Source of the DNA: an uncultured Gemmatimonadales bacterium
GTDB taxonomy: Bacteria > Gemmatimonadota > Gemmatimonadetes > Longimicrobiales > RSA9
Assembly: GCA_963816355.1 (NCBI GenBank)
Contig: CAWFKH010000003.1
Location: 1,120,001 to 1,184,000 of the forward strand
Direction: 5' to 3'
Length of the DNA: 64,000 bases
The position numbers and the translations under genes were made by a program. Of this stretch, positions 50,765 through 60,749 are shown piece by piece; position 1 is the first letter of the stretch, and the number at the start of each line of letters is the position of its first letter. The notes beneath the pieces are model-generated. The model was not told where the DNA came from, made no database searches, and worked only from the letters and a program-made list of their open reading frames with translations.

Positions 50765-52142
50765 CGACGTGCTCCAGCAGGGCGCGCACGTCGGCGAGCG
50801 GCACGACGCGCGGTGAGGCGCCTTCGGCGGCGAGGCCGGCCGCGGCACGAGGCGCGATCACGTGCGTGAGCCCCATGCGGGCCGCTTCGGCGAGCCGGCG
50901 CTCGAGCTGGCCCACGGGGCGCAGCTCTCCGCCGAGCCCGACCTCGCCGACGAACGCGGCGGAAGGTGGCAGCGACGCATCGCGCACGCTCGAGGCGAGC
51001 GCCGCGACGACCGCGAGGTCCGCGCCCGTCTCGACGAGCCGCACTCCGCCCACGACGTTGAGAAAGACGTCCATCTCGCCGAAGCGCAGCCCGGCGCGCT
51101 TCTCGAGTACCGCGAGCAGGAGTGCGAGCCGGCGGCGATCGAAGCCGGCCGTCGCGCGCTGCGGCGCGCCATAGCTCGTCGGCGTGCAGAGCGCCTGCAC
51201 CTCGACGAGGAGCGGCCGCGTGCCTTCCATCGTGGCGGCGACGGCGGTCCCGCTCACGCGCACCGAACGATCGCCGAGGAAGAGCTCGGAGGGGTTCGCC
51301 ACGGGATCGAGCCCGTGGGAGCTCATGCGGAAGACGCCGATCTCGTCGATGCCGCCGAAGCGGTTCTTCGTCGCGCGCAGCACGCGGTGCTCGAGCGAGT
51401 CGGATCCCTCGAAGTAGAGGACCGTGTCGACGATGTGCTCGAGCGTCTTCGGCCCCGCCACGCTGCCGCCCTTCGTCACGTGGCCGACGAGGAAGACCGC
51501 GATGCCGCGATCCTTGGCGAAGCGCTGCAGCCGTGCCGCGCACTCCCTCACCTGGCCCACGCTGCCGGGGGCGCTCTCGAGATCCTCGGTGTAGAGCGTC
51601 TGGATCGAGTCGACGACGAGCACCGCCGGCTCCCGCTCCGCGGCGCTCGCCAGCACGGCGCCGAGCTCCGTCTCGCCGAGGAAGACGACGTCGGCCGCGC
51701 CTCCCTCGAGGCGGTCCGCGCGCAGCCGGACCTGCGCCGGCGACTCCTCGCCGGACACGTACAGCGTGCCGCGCCCGGCCGCCTCCAGCCGCGCCGCCAC
51801 CTGCAGGAGCAGCGTGCTCTTGCCGATCCCGGGCTCGCCGCCCACCAGCAGCAGTGAGCCGGGGACGATGCCGCCGCCCAGCACGAAGTCCAGCTCGCCG
51901 AGACCGGTGCGCCAGCGCTCGGTGTCCGCTCCGGCGACGTCGCCCAGGCGAACCGGCGTCGCCGGCCGCGGCGCGGCGGTCGCGTTCGCGGCGCCTCGCC
52001 GAGCGCGGGCGCCGCGGCCGCCGCGGGCGGAGGGCTCCTCGACCAGCGTGTTCCACGCCTCGCACGCCGGGCAGCGGCCCTGCCAGCGCGGGAATTCGTT
52101 CCCGCACTCGGTGCAGAAGAAGGAGGTCCGGGCTCTCGCCAT
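50754..52142 (-). CDS. radA: DNA repair protein RadA/Sms
   Basis: CTECG...CPAC, GGEPGIGKSTLLLQ, KNRFG, GEVGLGGE. Confidence 0.96.
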   Translation of the reverse strand: MARARTSFFCTECGNEFPRWQGRCPACEAWNTLVEEPSARGGRGARARRGAANATAAPRPATPVRLGDVAGADTERWRTGLGELDFVLGGGIVPGSLLLVGGEPGIGKSTLLLQVAARLEAAGRGTLYVSGEESPAQVRLRADRLEGGAADVVFLGETELGAVLASAAEREPAVLVVDSIQTLYTEDLESAPGSVGQVRECAARLQRFAKDRGIAVFLVGHVTKGGSVAGPKTLEHIVDTVLYFEGSDSLEHRVLRATKNRFGGIDEIGVFRMSSHGLDPVANPSELFLGDRSVRVSGTAVAATMEGTRPLLVEVQALCTPTSYGAPQRATAGFDRRRLALLLAVLEKRAGLRFGEMDVFLNVVGGVRLVETGADLAVVAALASSVRDASLPPSAAFVGEVGLGGELRPVGQLERRLAEAARMGLTHVIAPRAAAGLAAEGASPRVVPLADVRALLEHVGGG

Positions 52143-52153
52143 GGCGGCGGGCG

Positions 52154-53536
52154 CTACGGCTCGTCGCGGTAGGAGAACGACTCGAAGCGCGTGGACTCCC
52201 TGCGGAAGAAGAGCTCGACGACGCCGGTGGGGCCGTTGCGCTGCTTGCCGATGATCAGCTCCGCCTTGCCGGCGAGGCCCTTCTCCTGCGCGTCGATGGG
52301 CGTCTCGTAGTACTCCGGGCGGTAGAGGAACATGACGAGATCGGCGTCCTGCTCGAGTGAGCCGGACTCCCGCAGATCGGAGAGTTGCGGCCGGTGGTCC
52401 GCGCGCTGCTCGGGGGCGCGAGAGAGCTGCGAGAGGGCGATGATCGGGACGTGCAGCTCCTTCGCCAGCCCCTTCAGGCCGCGGCTGATCGCGCTCACCT
52501 CCTGCTGCCGGTTCTCGGCGTTCGCGCTTCCCTGCATGAGCTGGATGTAGTCGATGATGACGAGGCCGAGGTCCGGCTGCTCCACCTTCAGACGGCGCGC
52601 CTTCGCCCGCATCTCGAGCACGCTCAACACGCCCGAGTCGTCGATCCAGATCGGCGCCGTGTTGAGGTGCCCGGCCGCCTGCGCGAGGCGCACGAAGTCG
52701 TCGTCGGTCAGCCGGCCGCGCATCAGGTGGCCGAGGTCGACGAGCGCCTCCGCGCACAGCATCCGCTGCACGAGCTGCTCCTTCGACATCTCCAGCGAGA
52801 AGAGCGCGACGGGGACCTGATGCGAGATGGCGGCGTGAAGCGCGTAGCCCAGCGTCATCGCCGTCTTCCCCATGCTCGGGCGGGCCGCCAGGATGACCAG
52901 GTCGCCCTTCTGGAAGCCGCCCGTCAGCTCGTCCAGGTCGGAGAACCCGGTCGCCACGCCGGTCAGGCCGCCCGCCGCCGCCTGGATCTGCTCGATCCGC
53001 TCGAAGGTGGGATAGAGGATCTTCTTGATCCAGACGAACCCCTCGCGGTCGTTCGCCTGCGCGACCTGGAAGATCCGCTGTTCCGCCTCGTCGAGCACCT
53101 GGTCCACGGTGCGCTCGCCCGGCTCGTACGCATCGCGGATCACCTGCGACGACGCATCGATCAGCCGCCGCAGCAGCGCCCGCTCCCGCACGATGCGGGC
53201 GTGGTACTCCAGGTTCGCCGCCGTCGGCACCGCATCCAGCAGCTCGGCGAGGTACGCCATGCCGCCCACCGCGTCGAGCTCGTCCGTCTTCGTGAGCTCC
53301 TCGCTCACGGTCACCGGATCGATCACCTCGCCGCGCTGGAAGATGCGCGCCATGCAGCGGAAGATGCGCCGGTTCGCCTCCCGGTAAAACATGCTGTCGT
53401 CGACGATCTCGATCGCCTTCGCGACCGCGTCGCCGTCGATCAACATGCCACCGAGGACGCTCGTCTCCGCCTCCGGTGCGTACGGCGGCTGCCGGTCCGG
53501 CGCGGCCACCGCGAAGCCGCCGCTAACCCTGCTCAT
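52154..53536 (-). CDS. dnaB: Replicative DNA helicase
   Basis: AARPSMGKT, FSLEMS, IDYIQL, SDLRESGSLEQDAD, KQRNGP; no intein. Confidence 0.97.
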   Translation of the reverse strand: MSRVSGGFAVAAPDRQPPYAPEAETSVLGGMLIDGDAVAKAIEIVDDSMFYREANRRIFRCMARIFQRGEVIDPVTVSEELTKTDELDAVGGMAYLAELLDAVPTAANLEYHARIVRERALLRRLIDASSQVIRDAYEPGERTVDQVLDEAEQRIFQVAQANDREGFVWIKKILYPTFERIEQIQAAAGGLTGVATGFSDLDELTGGFQKGDLVILAARPSMGKTAMTLGYALHAAISHQVPVALFSLEMSKEQLVQRMLCAEALVDLGHLMRGRLTDDDFVRLAQAAGHLNTAPIWIDDSGVLSVLEMRAKARRLKVEQPDLGLVIIDYIQLMQGSANAENRQQEVSAISRGLKGLAKELHVPIIALSQLSRAPEQRADHRPQLSDLRESGSLEQDADLVMFLYRPEYYETPIDAQEKGLAGKAELIIGKQRNGPTGVVELFFRRESTRFESFSYRDEP

Positions 53537-54248
53537 CGAAGACCCGTCGCAGGAGCTGGAAGTCCTCCCACGCCGACCTCACCGCCCCCGGCGCGCGGAG
53601 GAGGTAGGCGGGGTGGTAGGTGGCCACGACGGGCACACCACCGTAGCTGCGCGGGCGGCCGCGCATCCGCCCCATGCTCTCGTCGGTGTCGAGCAGCAAC
53701 TGGCCCGCGAACCTGCCCAGGGAGAGCAGGACGCTGGGCGAGATCAGCTCGATCTGACGGCGCAGGTACGGCGTGCACGAGGCCACTTCGTCAGGCAACG
53801 GGTCGCGGTTGTTCGGGGGCCGGCATTTCAGGACGTTGCAGATGTAGACGCGCTCGCGGGGAAACCCCGCGCTGAGCAGCAGCAGATCGAGCAGCTTCCC
53901 GGCCGCTCCGACGAACGGCCGGCCTGTCCGGTCCTCCTCCGCGCCCGGCGCCTCCCCCACCACCACCACGTCCGCCACCGCCGAGCCTTCGCCGAATACG
54001 ACGTTGCGCCTCCCCTCGCACAGACGGCACCGCGTGCACTCCGACGCTTCCGCCGCGAGCACCTCCAGCGGCGTGCTGTCGGAGCGATCCACCTCCGCGG
54101 CGGCGGCCGCGCGTCCCCGCGGCGCGGCCGGGTGCAGCACCGCGGCCAGCGCCTGCGCGCTTCCGACGCCGTCCAGGATCCACTCGCGCTCGCCGAGCTC
54201 GAGGCGCTGCCGCAGGTATCGCAGCAGCGCACGCCGGGCGGGGGTCAT
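53523..54248 (-). CDS. Uracil-DNA glycosylase, family 4
   Basis: CTRCRL, GEAPG, PFVG.AG, KCRPP.NR.P, HPAYLLR. Confidence 0.92.
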   Translation of the reverse strand: MTPARRALLRYLRQRLELGEREWILDGVGSAQALAAVLHPAAPRGRAAAAAEVDRSDSTPLEVLAAEASECTRCRLCEGRRNVVFGEGSAVADVVVVGEAPGAEEDRTGRPFVGAAGKLLDLLLLSAGFPRERVYICNVLKCRPPNNRDPLPDEVASCTPYLRRQIELISPSVLLSLGRFAGQLLLDTDESMGRMRGRPRSYGGVPVVATYHPAYLLRAPGAVRSAWEDFQLLRRVFDEQG

Positions 54249-55477
54249 ACGCGCGACGGGAGCAGCGTCTCCAGTCGATCGAGCACCGCCTCCGCCACCT
54301 CGTGCTTCGGCAGCAGGGGCAGCGTCCGCTCCGTGCCGCCGCTGTCGAGCAGCGTCACGCGGTTCGTCTCCGTCTCGAAGCCGGAGCCCTCTTCGTCGGC
54401 GCGATTCAGCACGATCAGATCGAGGCCCTTGTCGCGCAGCTTCCGCCGCGCCCCCTCGCCGCCGTCGCCGGTCTCCAGCGCGAAGCCGACGACGATCATC
54501 TCCGGCGGCCGGTGCGCGCGCGTCGTCAACAGGATGTCGGGCGCCTCCTCCAGCTCGACGAGAGGCGGTCCCGCCTCCTTCCTGATCTTCTGCTGGGACG
54601 GCGACTTCGGCCGGAAGTCCGCGACGGCGGCGGCCATCACCAGGACGTCCGCGTCCGCGATCGCCTGCCGCACCGCGTGCTCCATCTGGACGGCGGTCGC
54701 GACGCGCGTCAGCGACGGCCCCGGCGGCGGCGCGAGCTCGGTGGGGCCGGCAATCAGCTCGACGTCGGCGCCGCGACGCCACGCCGCCGCGGCGATCGCG
54801 AACCCCATCCGCCCCGAGGAGCGGTTCGACAGGACGCGCACCGCGTCGAGCGGCTCCCGCGTCGGGCCGGCGCTCACCACGACGCGGCGGCCGCTCAGGG
54901 GCGTCTCCCCCTCCAGTGCGCGGCCGATCTGCTGCACCACGACGTCCGGCTCCTCCATCCGCCCCTCGCCCTCACCCTCGCCCTGCGCGAGCGGGCCGCG
55001 GGAGGGGCCGACGAACGCGTATCCGAGCGACTCGTGCAGGTGTCGCGCGTTCGCCTGCGTCTGCGGATGGCTCCACATCCAGTCGTTCATCGCGGGGCAA
55101 AGGAGCACGGGCGCGCGCGTCGCGAGCAGCGTCGCCGCGAGCAGGTCGTCCGCGCGGCCGGCGGCGGCGCGAGCGAGGAAGTCCGCGGTCGCCGGCGCGA
55201 CGCAGAGCACATCCGCCTCACGGGCGAGCCGGATGTGCTCGAGGGCGCGCCCCGGCTCGATGAGCTGGGTGTGCACCGGCCGCCCCGTCAGCGCCTCGAA
55301 CGTGATGGGGCCGACGAACTCGCGCGCCGACGTCGTCATCACGACCTCGACCTCGGCGCCGAGCTGCGTCAACGCGCGGGCGACGTGCACCGCCTTGTAA
55401 GCGGCGATGCCGCCGGTGACGCCGAGCACGACGCGACGGCCCCGCCACGGGCGGCGCGGAACCAGCTCCAGCGACAC
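54245..55477 (-). CDS. coaBC: Bifunctional phosphopantothenoylcysteine decarboxylase/ligase
   Basis: GGIAAYK, PAMN, GPTRE, NRSSGRMG, AAVADF, GFALET. Confidence 0.96.
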   Translation of the reverse strand: MSLELVPRRPWRGRRVVLGVTGGIAAYKAVHVARALTQLGAEVEVVMTTSAREFVGPITFEALTGRPVHTQLIEPGRALEHIRLAREADVLCVAPATADFLARAAAGRADDLLAATLLATRAPVLLCPAMNDWMWSHPQTQANARHLHESLGYAFVGPSRGPLAQGEGEGEGRMEEPDVVVQQIGRALEGETPLSGRRVVVSAGPTREPLDAVRVLSNRSSGRMGFAIAAAAWRRGADVELIAGPTELAPPPGPSLTRVATAVQMEHAVRQAIADADVLVMAAAVADFRPKSPSQQKIRKEAGPPLVELEEAPDILLTTRAHRPPEMIVVGFALETGDGGEGARRKLRDKGLDLIVLNRADEEGSGFETETNRVTLLDSGGTERTLPLLPKHEVAEAVLDRLETLLPSRV

Positions 55478-55483
55478 GGCGCC

Positions 55484-55699
55484 TCAGGCGCTCTTGCGAC
55501 GCCGCTTCACCAGCCGGAACTCGAGCCTGCCCGAGGTGAGCGCCTCGAGCGACTGCGTCGTCAGCTTCTTCTGGGCTCCGAGCGGTACCGCCTCGCGAGG
55601 CAATGCGTTCAGCTCGCGGGCGTATTTGGCCGCGACGAGGACGCCGAGATACTTGCTCGGCGTGTGCTTCGCGACCGCGGACGGCGTGAAGACCTCCAT
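55484..55699 (-). CDS. rpoZ: RNA polymerase omega subunit
   Basis: SKYLGVLVAAKYAREL; position between gmk and coaBC. Confidence 0.85.
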   Translation of the reverse strand: MEVFTPSAVAKHTPSKYLGVLVAAKYARELNALPREAVPLGAQKKLTTQSLEALTSGRLEFRLVKRRRKSA

Positions 55700-55700
55700 G

Positions 55701-56351
55701 CTAACCTCTCCTCTCGAGAAATTCGTCGATCCCTTCGGCGACGCGGGCGAGCCGCGCCTGCAGATCCCCGTTCCGCGCGCGGCGGAGCCGTTCCGCCCGG
55801 ACGATCGCCTGCACCGAATCCACCGCGCGCTCGAGCTCGTCGTTCACCACGACGTAGTCGAACGCGTTCGCTTCCGCGAGCTCCGCCTTCGCGTTGAGCA
55901 GCCTGCGCCGCAGCTCGTCCCGCCCCTCGCTCGCGCGCCCCGCGAGTCGCCGCACCAGCGCGTCGGCGCTGGGCGGAAGCACGAAGACCAGCACCGCGTC
56001 CGCGAACGCGGAGCGCACCTGCCGCGCGCCCTGCACGTCGATGTCGAGGACGACCACGGCGCCCGCTGCGATCGCCCGCGCGACCGCCGCGCGCGGCGTG
56101 CCGTAGCGCCGGCCGTGCACCACCGCCCACTCCAGAAGGTCGCCCGACTCCAGCAGCGAATCGAAGTCGGCCTCTCCCACGAAGAGGTAGTCGACGCCTT
56201 CGCGTTCGCCCGGCCGCGCCGCGCGCGTCGTGGCCGAGACGGAGAAGACGAGGTCCTCGACGCGGGCGACCAGCGCCCGTGCGATCGACGTCTTGCCCGC
56301 CCCACTCGGCGCCGCGACGACGAGCGGAAAGCCGCGGCGGCCGACGCTCAT
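55701..56351 (-). CDS. gmk: Guanylate kinase
   Basis: APSGAGKT, SATTR..RPGE..GVDY, YGTP, IDVQG. Confidence 0.96.
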   Translation of the reverse strand: MSVGRRGFPLVVAAPSGAGKTSIARALVARVEDLVFSVSATTRAARPGEREGVDYLFVGEADFDSLLESGDLLEWAVVHGRRYGTPRAAVARAIAAGAVVVLDIDVQGARQVRSAFADAVLVFVLPPSADALVRRLAGRASEGRDELRRRLLNAKAELAEANAFDYVVVNDELERAVDSVQAIVRAERLRRARNGDLQARLARVAEGIDEFLERRG

Positions 56352-57226
56352 TCGACGTTCTCGACCTGCTCGCGCAGACGCTCGATCTCGTTCTTGATCG
56401 CGACCACCTCGTGCTCCATCGGCGCGTCGTTCGCCTTCGAGCCGATCGTGTTCGCCTCGCGGTGCATCTCCTGCACCAGAAAGCCGAGCCGCTTGCCCGC
56501 CGGCTCCTCGGACGGCGCGTCGAGGATGGCGCGGAAATGCTCGATGTGCGAGCGCAGCCGGACCACCTCCTCGCCGACGTCCCAGCGCTCGGCGAGGTAC
56601 GCCACTTCGCGGGCGAGCCGCTCGTCGTCGACCGACGCCTCTGCCGCGAGCTCCGCGACCGCGCTCCGCAGCCGGTCGCGCTCGGCGACGAGCCGTGCCG
56701 GCGCGCGCTCCTCGACGCGCGCGACGGCGACGCCGATGGCTGTGAGCCGTTCCTCGAGGTCGAAGCGCAGACGACGCCCCTCCTCCTCCCGCATGGCGAC
56801 GACGGCGCGTCCCGCCTCCTCGATCGCTTCGCGCAGCGCTTCCGCCGGCACCTCGACCCGCGTCTCCTCGGCCTGCTCGAAGAGGCCGGGCATGCGCGCG
56901 AGCAGGTCGAGGTCGACGCCGCCGGCGAGGCCGAGCCGGTCCTTCATCTCGCGCAGCACGCGCTGGTACTCCCGCGCGCGCTCCTCGTTCAGCCGGATCG
57001 ATTGCGCCGGCTCTTGCGCCTCGAGCCGAATCGACGCGTTCACGTGGCCGCGGGGCAGGAGCGCGCGCAGCCATTCGCGGATCTGCTGGTCGTGGCGGTC
57101 GAAACCGGGCGGCAGCCTGAGATTGGCGCTGAAGAAGCGGTGATTGACCGTGCGAAGCTCCGCGCGCAGCCGGCCCGCCGGCGTCTCCACCTCCGCCTCA
57201 CCATACCCCGTCATGCTCCGAACCAT
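56348..57226 (-). CDS. yicC: YicC/YloC family endoribonuclease
   Basis: SMTGYG, VNHRF, EEVVRL.SH, QEMHREANTIGSK, REQVENVE. Confidence 0.94.
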   Translation of the reverse strand: MVRSMTGYGEAEVETPAGRLRAELRTVNHRFFSANLRLPPGFDRHDQQIREWLRALLPRGHVNASIRLEAQEPAQSIRLNEERAREYQRVLREMKDRLGLAGGVDLDLLARMPGLFEQAEETRVEVPAEALREAIEEAGRAVVAMREEEGRRLRFDLEERLTAIGVAVARVEERAPARLVAERDRLRSAVAELAAEASVDDERLAREVAYLAERWDVGEEVVRLRSHIEHFRAILDAPSEEPAGKRLGFLVQEMHREANTIGSKANDAPMEHEVVAIKNEIERLREQVENVE

Positions 57227-57244
57227 TCCACCTCCGATCCGTTG

Positions 57245-57274
57245 AAACTACGGCCGCCGCCGGCGGACGGTCAA
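57245..57274 (-). promoter_or_regulatory. Sigma70-type promoter for the yicC-aroE operon
   Basis: TTGACC-N18-TAGTTT; SD GGAGGTGG downstream. Confidence 0.65.
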
Positions 57275-57306
57275 CGCATGGGGACTCCGGCGGGCGCGGG
57301 ACCCGC

Positions 57307-59196
57307 TCAGTTCCACAACTCCCACTTGACGCCGTAGACGACGCGCGCCGCCGGCAGCGTCCGGCCGGGCAGGTCCGCGAGGCTGCGCACGGCGCTCATG
57401 TTGTCGAAGCGGACGAAGGCGCGAACCGTCACGATGCGGATCTGCAGGTAGGCGTTCAGCACCGTCCGGGCCGGCAGCGAGACCACCTCCTGCCCTCCCG
57501 TGGACGGCACCGACATGACGCCGCGGCGGTCCGCTTCGAGGCGACCGAGGATCTCGAGGTTGCCGCTCCCCAGAGGCAACGTGTGGAGGACGAGACTCAC
57601 GCGGCCCTCCTCCTCCGGCAGGTAGAGCCAGCGGTCACCGCTCATCCAGTGGACGTAGCCGCCTTCGAGGAAGAAGTCGCGCCAGAGAATCGGGATGTGG
57701 CCCGACAACTCCCAGCCGCGCGTGTCCCCTCCGGGAAACGAGCGCGCGACCGAGTCGAACGGCACGCCGAAGGTGTAGACGGAGTCGGTGTGGAGGTCGA
57801 GCGCCGCGCCGGCGATGCGCGTCCCTTTCCAGGCGAAGCTCGCGCCCACCCGTGCGCCGTGCCCTGAGAGCAGGGGCGTCACGCGCTCGGGCGCGGTGCC
57901 GAAGATGGCGACGCCGCGCTTTCCGGCCGACACTTCGGCGAAGGGGGTCAGGCCGAGGAACGGGCCGAGCTCCGCCCGTCCCGTGAACGCCGACGCCGCC
58001 CCCGCGTCGCGCCACTGGTCCCACACCGCCTCCCCTGAAAGGCGGGCTCCGGCGAGGGGGGAGGCGGCCACGTGCAGCGCGCCCTCGAGGCGCGGCAGCC
58101 GGACCTGCGTGCGGTAGCGCACCTCGCCGGACGCGACCACCGGCCCCGTCTCCACGCCCAGCCGCGCCCCCATCTGGCGCGAGCGGACGCGCGGCCGACC
58201 GGCGTCGCCCGCGAGCGAATCCTCCGCCACCGACTGTCCCGCGAACGCCTCGAGCACGGCGTGGTCTCCCGGGAGCGACGTGCGCCCGCGGATGACGAGA
58301 TCGGAGCGGTCGAGGTTGCTGCCGAACGGGCTCTCGCCGCCGCGCTCGGTCGCGCTGCGCAGGTATTCCACCTGCACGCCGCGACGCTCGTTCACGAGCG
58401 ACCACTTGACCCACGCGCTGAACACGTTCGCCGGTTCCGCCCGATCCAGGCCGTCGCTCGCCGTGCGCTCGACCCCCGCCGAGAACGGCCCGACGAGGAA
58501 GTGCGGCGCGAGGTACACGCCGCGGAAGACCGTCAGGCCGAGCGGTTCACCCGCCTGCGCCTCGACCACGCTGTACGGCTGCGCCGCGAGCGGCTGGAGC
58601 GTGTGCAACTCGATGCGCACGCCGTTCAGGCCCCGCTCCACGCGCACGCTCTCCAGGTTGGCGAGCGGGAAGCGCGCGAGGTCGGTCGCGGCGCGCCCCA
58701 GCGGATCGAGCGCGAAACCGTCGAGAACCACTTCCATGCGCCGTCCCCCGCTGCCCCATGCCGACACCGTCTCGGGCGCGCCGTAGTAGCCGTTGCGCAG
58801 ACCGGTGATGCCCGGCACGCGGGAGAGCAGGTCCGTCAGCGTCGTCGCACCGCTGCGCATGAGGTCGGCGCGGGCCCACGCCCACGCCCCCGCTGAGAAG
58901 CCGGTGTCCGCGGGCGCCGGCAGCGCGACCAGCGGCGGCGGCGGAAGCGCGGGAGGCAGCGAGTCTCCGGGCGCGCCGGCGCTGTCGACGGGCGTCCCGG
59001 CCGTCTTCGCGGCGGCGCCGGTCGTGTCCACCACGACGGTGTCGGGTGGTGGCCGCTTCGGCTGCGGCTGCCCCTGCGCGGCGGCTGCCTTCGGCGCCGC
59101 GAGGATGGCGAGAGTGAAGGCGGCGGGAAGGAGAGCGCGAAAAAACGCCCCCGACCGTGGCCGGGGGCGCGCCGCTCCCCGGCGCGGCCACCTCAC
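57307..59196 (-). CDS. TonB-dependent-receptor-like outer-membrane protein (plug plus barrel)
   Basis: Signal peptide, plug motifs LTDLLSRVPGI, VVLDG, LESVRVERG; C-terminal YGVKWELWN; GTGA overlap with pepA. Confidence 0.7.
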   Translation of the reverse strand: MRWPRRGAARPRPRSGAFFRALLPAAFTLAILAAPKAAAAQGQPQPKRPPPDTVVVDTTGAAAKTAGTPVDSAGAPGDSLPPALPPPPLVALPAPADTGFSAGAWAWARADLMRSGATTLTDLLSRVPGITGLRNGYYGAPETVSAWGSGGRRMEVVLDGFALDPLGRAATDLARFPLANLESVRVERGLNGVRIELHTLQPLAAQPYSVVEAQAGEPLGLTVFRGVYLAPHFLVGPFSAGVERTASDGLDRAEPANVFSAWVKWSLVNERRGVQVEYLRSATERGGESPFGSNLDRSDLVIRGRTSLPGDHAVLEAFAGQSVAEDSLAGDAGRPRVRSRQMGARLGVETGPVVASGEVRYRTQVRLPRLEGALHVAASPLAGARLSGEAVWDQWRDAGAASAFTGRAELGPFLGLTPFAEVSAGKRGVAIFGTAPERVTPLLSGHGARVGASFAWKGTRIAGAALDLHTDSVYTFGVPFDSVARSFPGGDTRGWELSGHIPILWRDFFLEGGYVHWMSGDRWLYLPEEEGRVSLVLHTLPLGSGNLEILGRLEADRRGVMSVPSTGGQEVVSLPARTVLNAYLQIRIVTVRAFVRFDNMSAVRSLADLPGRTLPAARVVYGVKWELWN

Positions 59197-60719
59197 GCCT
59201 CGGCCCGCGTCCGCACCCACTCGACGAAGAGCCGCGTCGGCACGCCGGTGGCGCCCCGGGTGAGGGGCGGATCAGGATCGTCGAGCCAGGCGGTGCCGGC
59301 GATGTCGAGGTGGGCCCACGGCACGTCGCCGATGAACTCCTTGAGGAACCAGCCGGCCGTGATGCTGCTGCCCGGCCGCCCTCCCGTGTTCTTGATGTCG
59401 GCGATGTCGCTGTCGAGCTGCTTGCGGTACTCGTCCCAGAGCGGCAGCGGCCAGCAGCGCTCGCCGGCGCGCTGGCCGGCGGAGCGCACCTCCTCGATGA
59501 GCGCACCGTCGTTGCCCATGAGGCCGATCGCGTGGTGCCCCAGCGCGATGACGACCGCGCCGGTCAGCGTCGCGGCGTCCACCACCGCCGCCGGCCGATA
59601 GCGCGTCGCGTACGCGAGGGCGTCAGCCAGGATGAGCCGCCCCTCCGCGTCCGTGTTGATCACCTCGATCGTCTTGCCGGACAGGCTGCCGATCACGTCG
59701 CCGGGCTTCACCGCGGAGCCCGATGGCAGGTTCTCCGTCGTCGGAACGAGGCCGATCACGTCGATCGGCAGCGCCAGCTCCGCGACCGCGCCGAGCGCGC
59801 CGATGACCGCGGCGGCGCCCGCCATGTCGTACTTCATCTCCTCCATCTTGTTCGCCGGCTTGATCGAGATCCCGCCCGCGTCGAACGTGACGCCCTTGCC
59901 GACCAGCACGATCGGCGCCCCGCCACCCCCGCCGCGGTACTCCATGACGATGAAGCGCGGCGGCTCACGGCTCCCCTGCGCCACGGCGAGCAGGGCGTGC
60001 ATCCCCTCCTGGCGGATCGCGTCCTCGTCCAGCACGCTCACCGCGAACCCCTTCTCCTCGCCCAGCCGGCGCGCGCGATCCGCGAGGTAGCTCGGCGTGG
60101 CGACGTTGCCGGGCCGCGTCGCCAGCTCGCGGGCCAGGTTCTCCGCTTCCGCGACGACCGTCGCGTAGCGCACGCCCCGCTCCAGCTCCGCCGCCTCCGC
60201 GTCCGATCCCGCGGCCAGGCGCAGGCGGCGCAGCGGCCCCGCGGGGCGCTCTTCCTGCGGCGTCGTCTTCATCTCGGTGAAGCGCCACGACGCCAGGATC
60301 GCCGCCTCGACGGCACCGCGCGCGGCGTAGTAGGCGCCCATGTGCTCGCTGAGCTGGTCCACCGCGCCCAGCGCGAGCACGAGCTCCGTGCGGCTCATCG
60401 CCTCCGCGCGGCGCACCGCGACGCCGACCGCCCGCCGCAGCCGGTCGAGCGTGAACTCCTCGCGCTTCCCCACGCCCACGAGGAGAACGCGCTCCGGTCC
60501 CGCCTCGGTCCCGTCCGCATAGAGGAGCAGAGCGTCGTCGAGGGTGCCGCGGAAGTCGCCACCGGCGAGAGAGCGCGCGATGCGGCCGCCCAGCGCGGCG
60601 TCGACCGCGGCGGCGACGCCGGTCGGCGCCGCGTCGCGCTCGAAGTGGAAGAGCGCGAGCAGCGGCGTCCGCATGTGCGCCGGGTCCGCCCGTTCGATGC
60701 CGATGTCGAGTCCCGCCAT
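59193..60719 (-). CDS. pepA: Leucyl aminopeptidase (M17)
   Basis: VGKGVTFDAGG, MKYDMAG, NTDAEGRL, HLDIAG. Confidence 0.95.
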   Translation of the reverse strand: MAGLDIGIERADPAHMRTPLLALFHFERDAAPTGVAAAVDAALGGRIARSLAGGDFRGTLDDALLLYADGTEAGPERVLLVGVGKREEFTLDRLRRAVGVAVRRAEAMSRTELVLALGAVDQLSEHMGAYYAARGAVEAAILASWRFTEMKTTPQEERPAGPLRRLRLAAGSDAEAAELERGVRYATVVAEAENLARELATRPGNVATPSYLADRARRLGEEKGFAVSVLDEDAIRQEGMHALLAVAQGSREPPRFIVMEYRGGGGGAPIVLVGKGVTFDAGGISIKPANKMEEMKYDMAGAAAVIGALGAVAELALPIDVIGLVPTTENLPSGSAVKPGDVIGSLSGKTIEVINTDAEGRLILADALAYATRYRPAAVVDAATLTGAVVIALGHHAIGLMGNDGALIEEVRSAGQRAGERCWPLPLWDEYRKQLDSDIADIKNTGGRPGSSITAGWFLKEFIGDVPWAHLDIAGTAWLDDPDPPLTRGATGVPTRLFVEWVRTRAEA

Positions 60720-60749
60720 GGTTCTGCCTCTCGTCCGCGCGACGGACGC

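Noticed and set aside
52154..53536. Intein in DnaB
   Set aside because: Normal 460-aa length with contiguous motifs.
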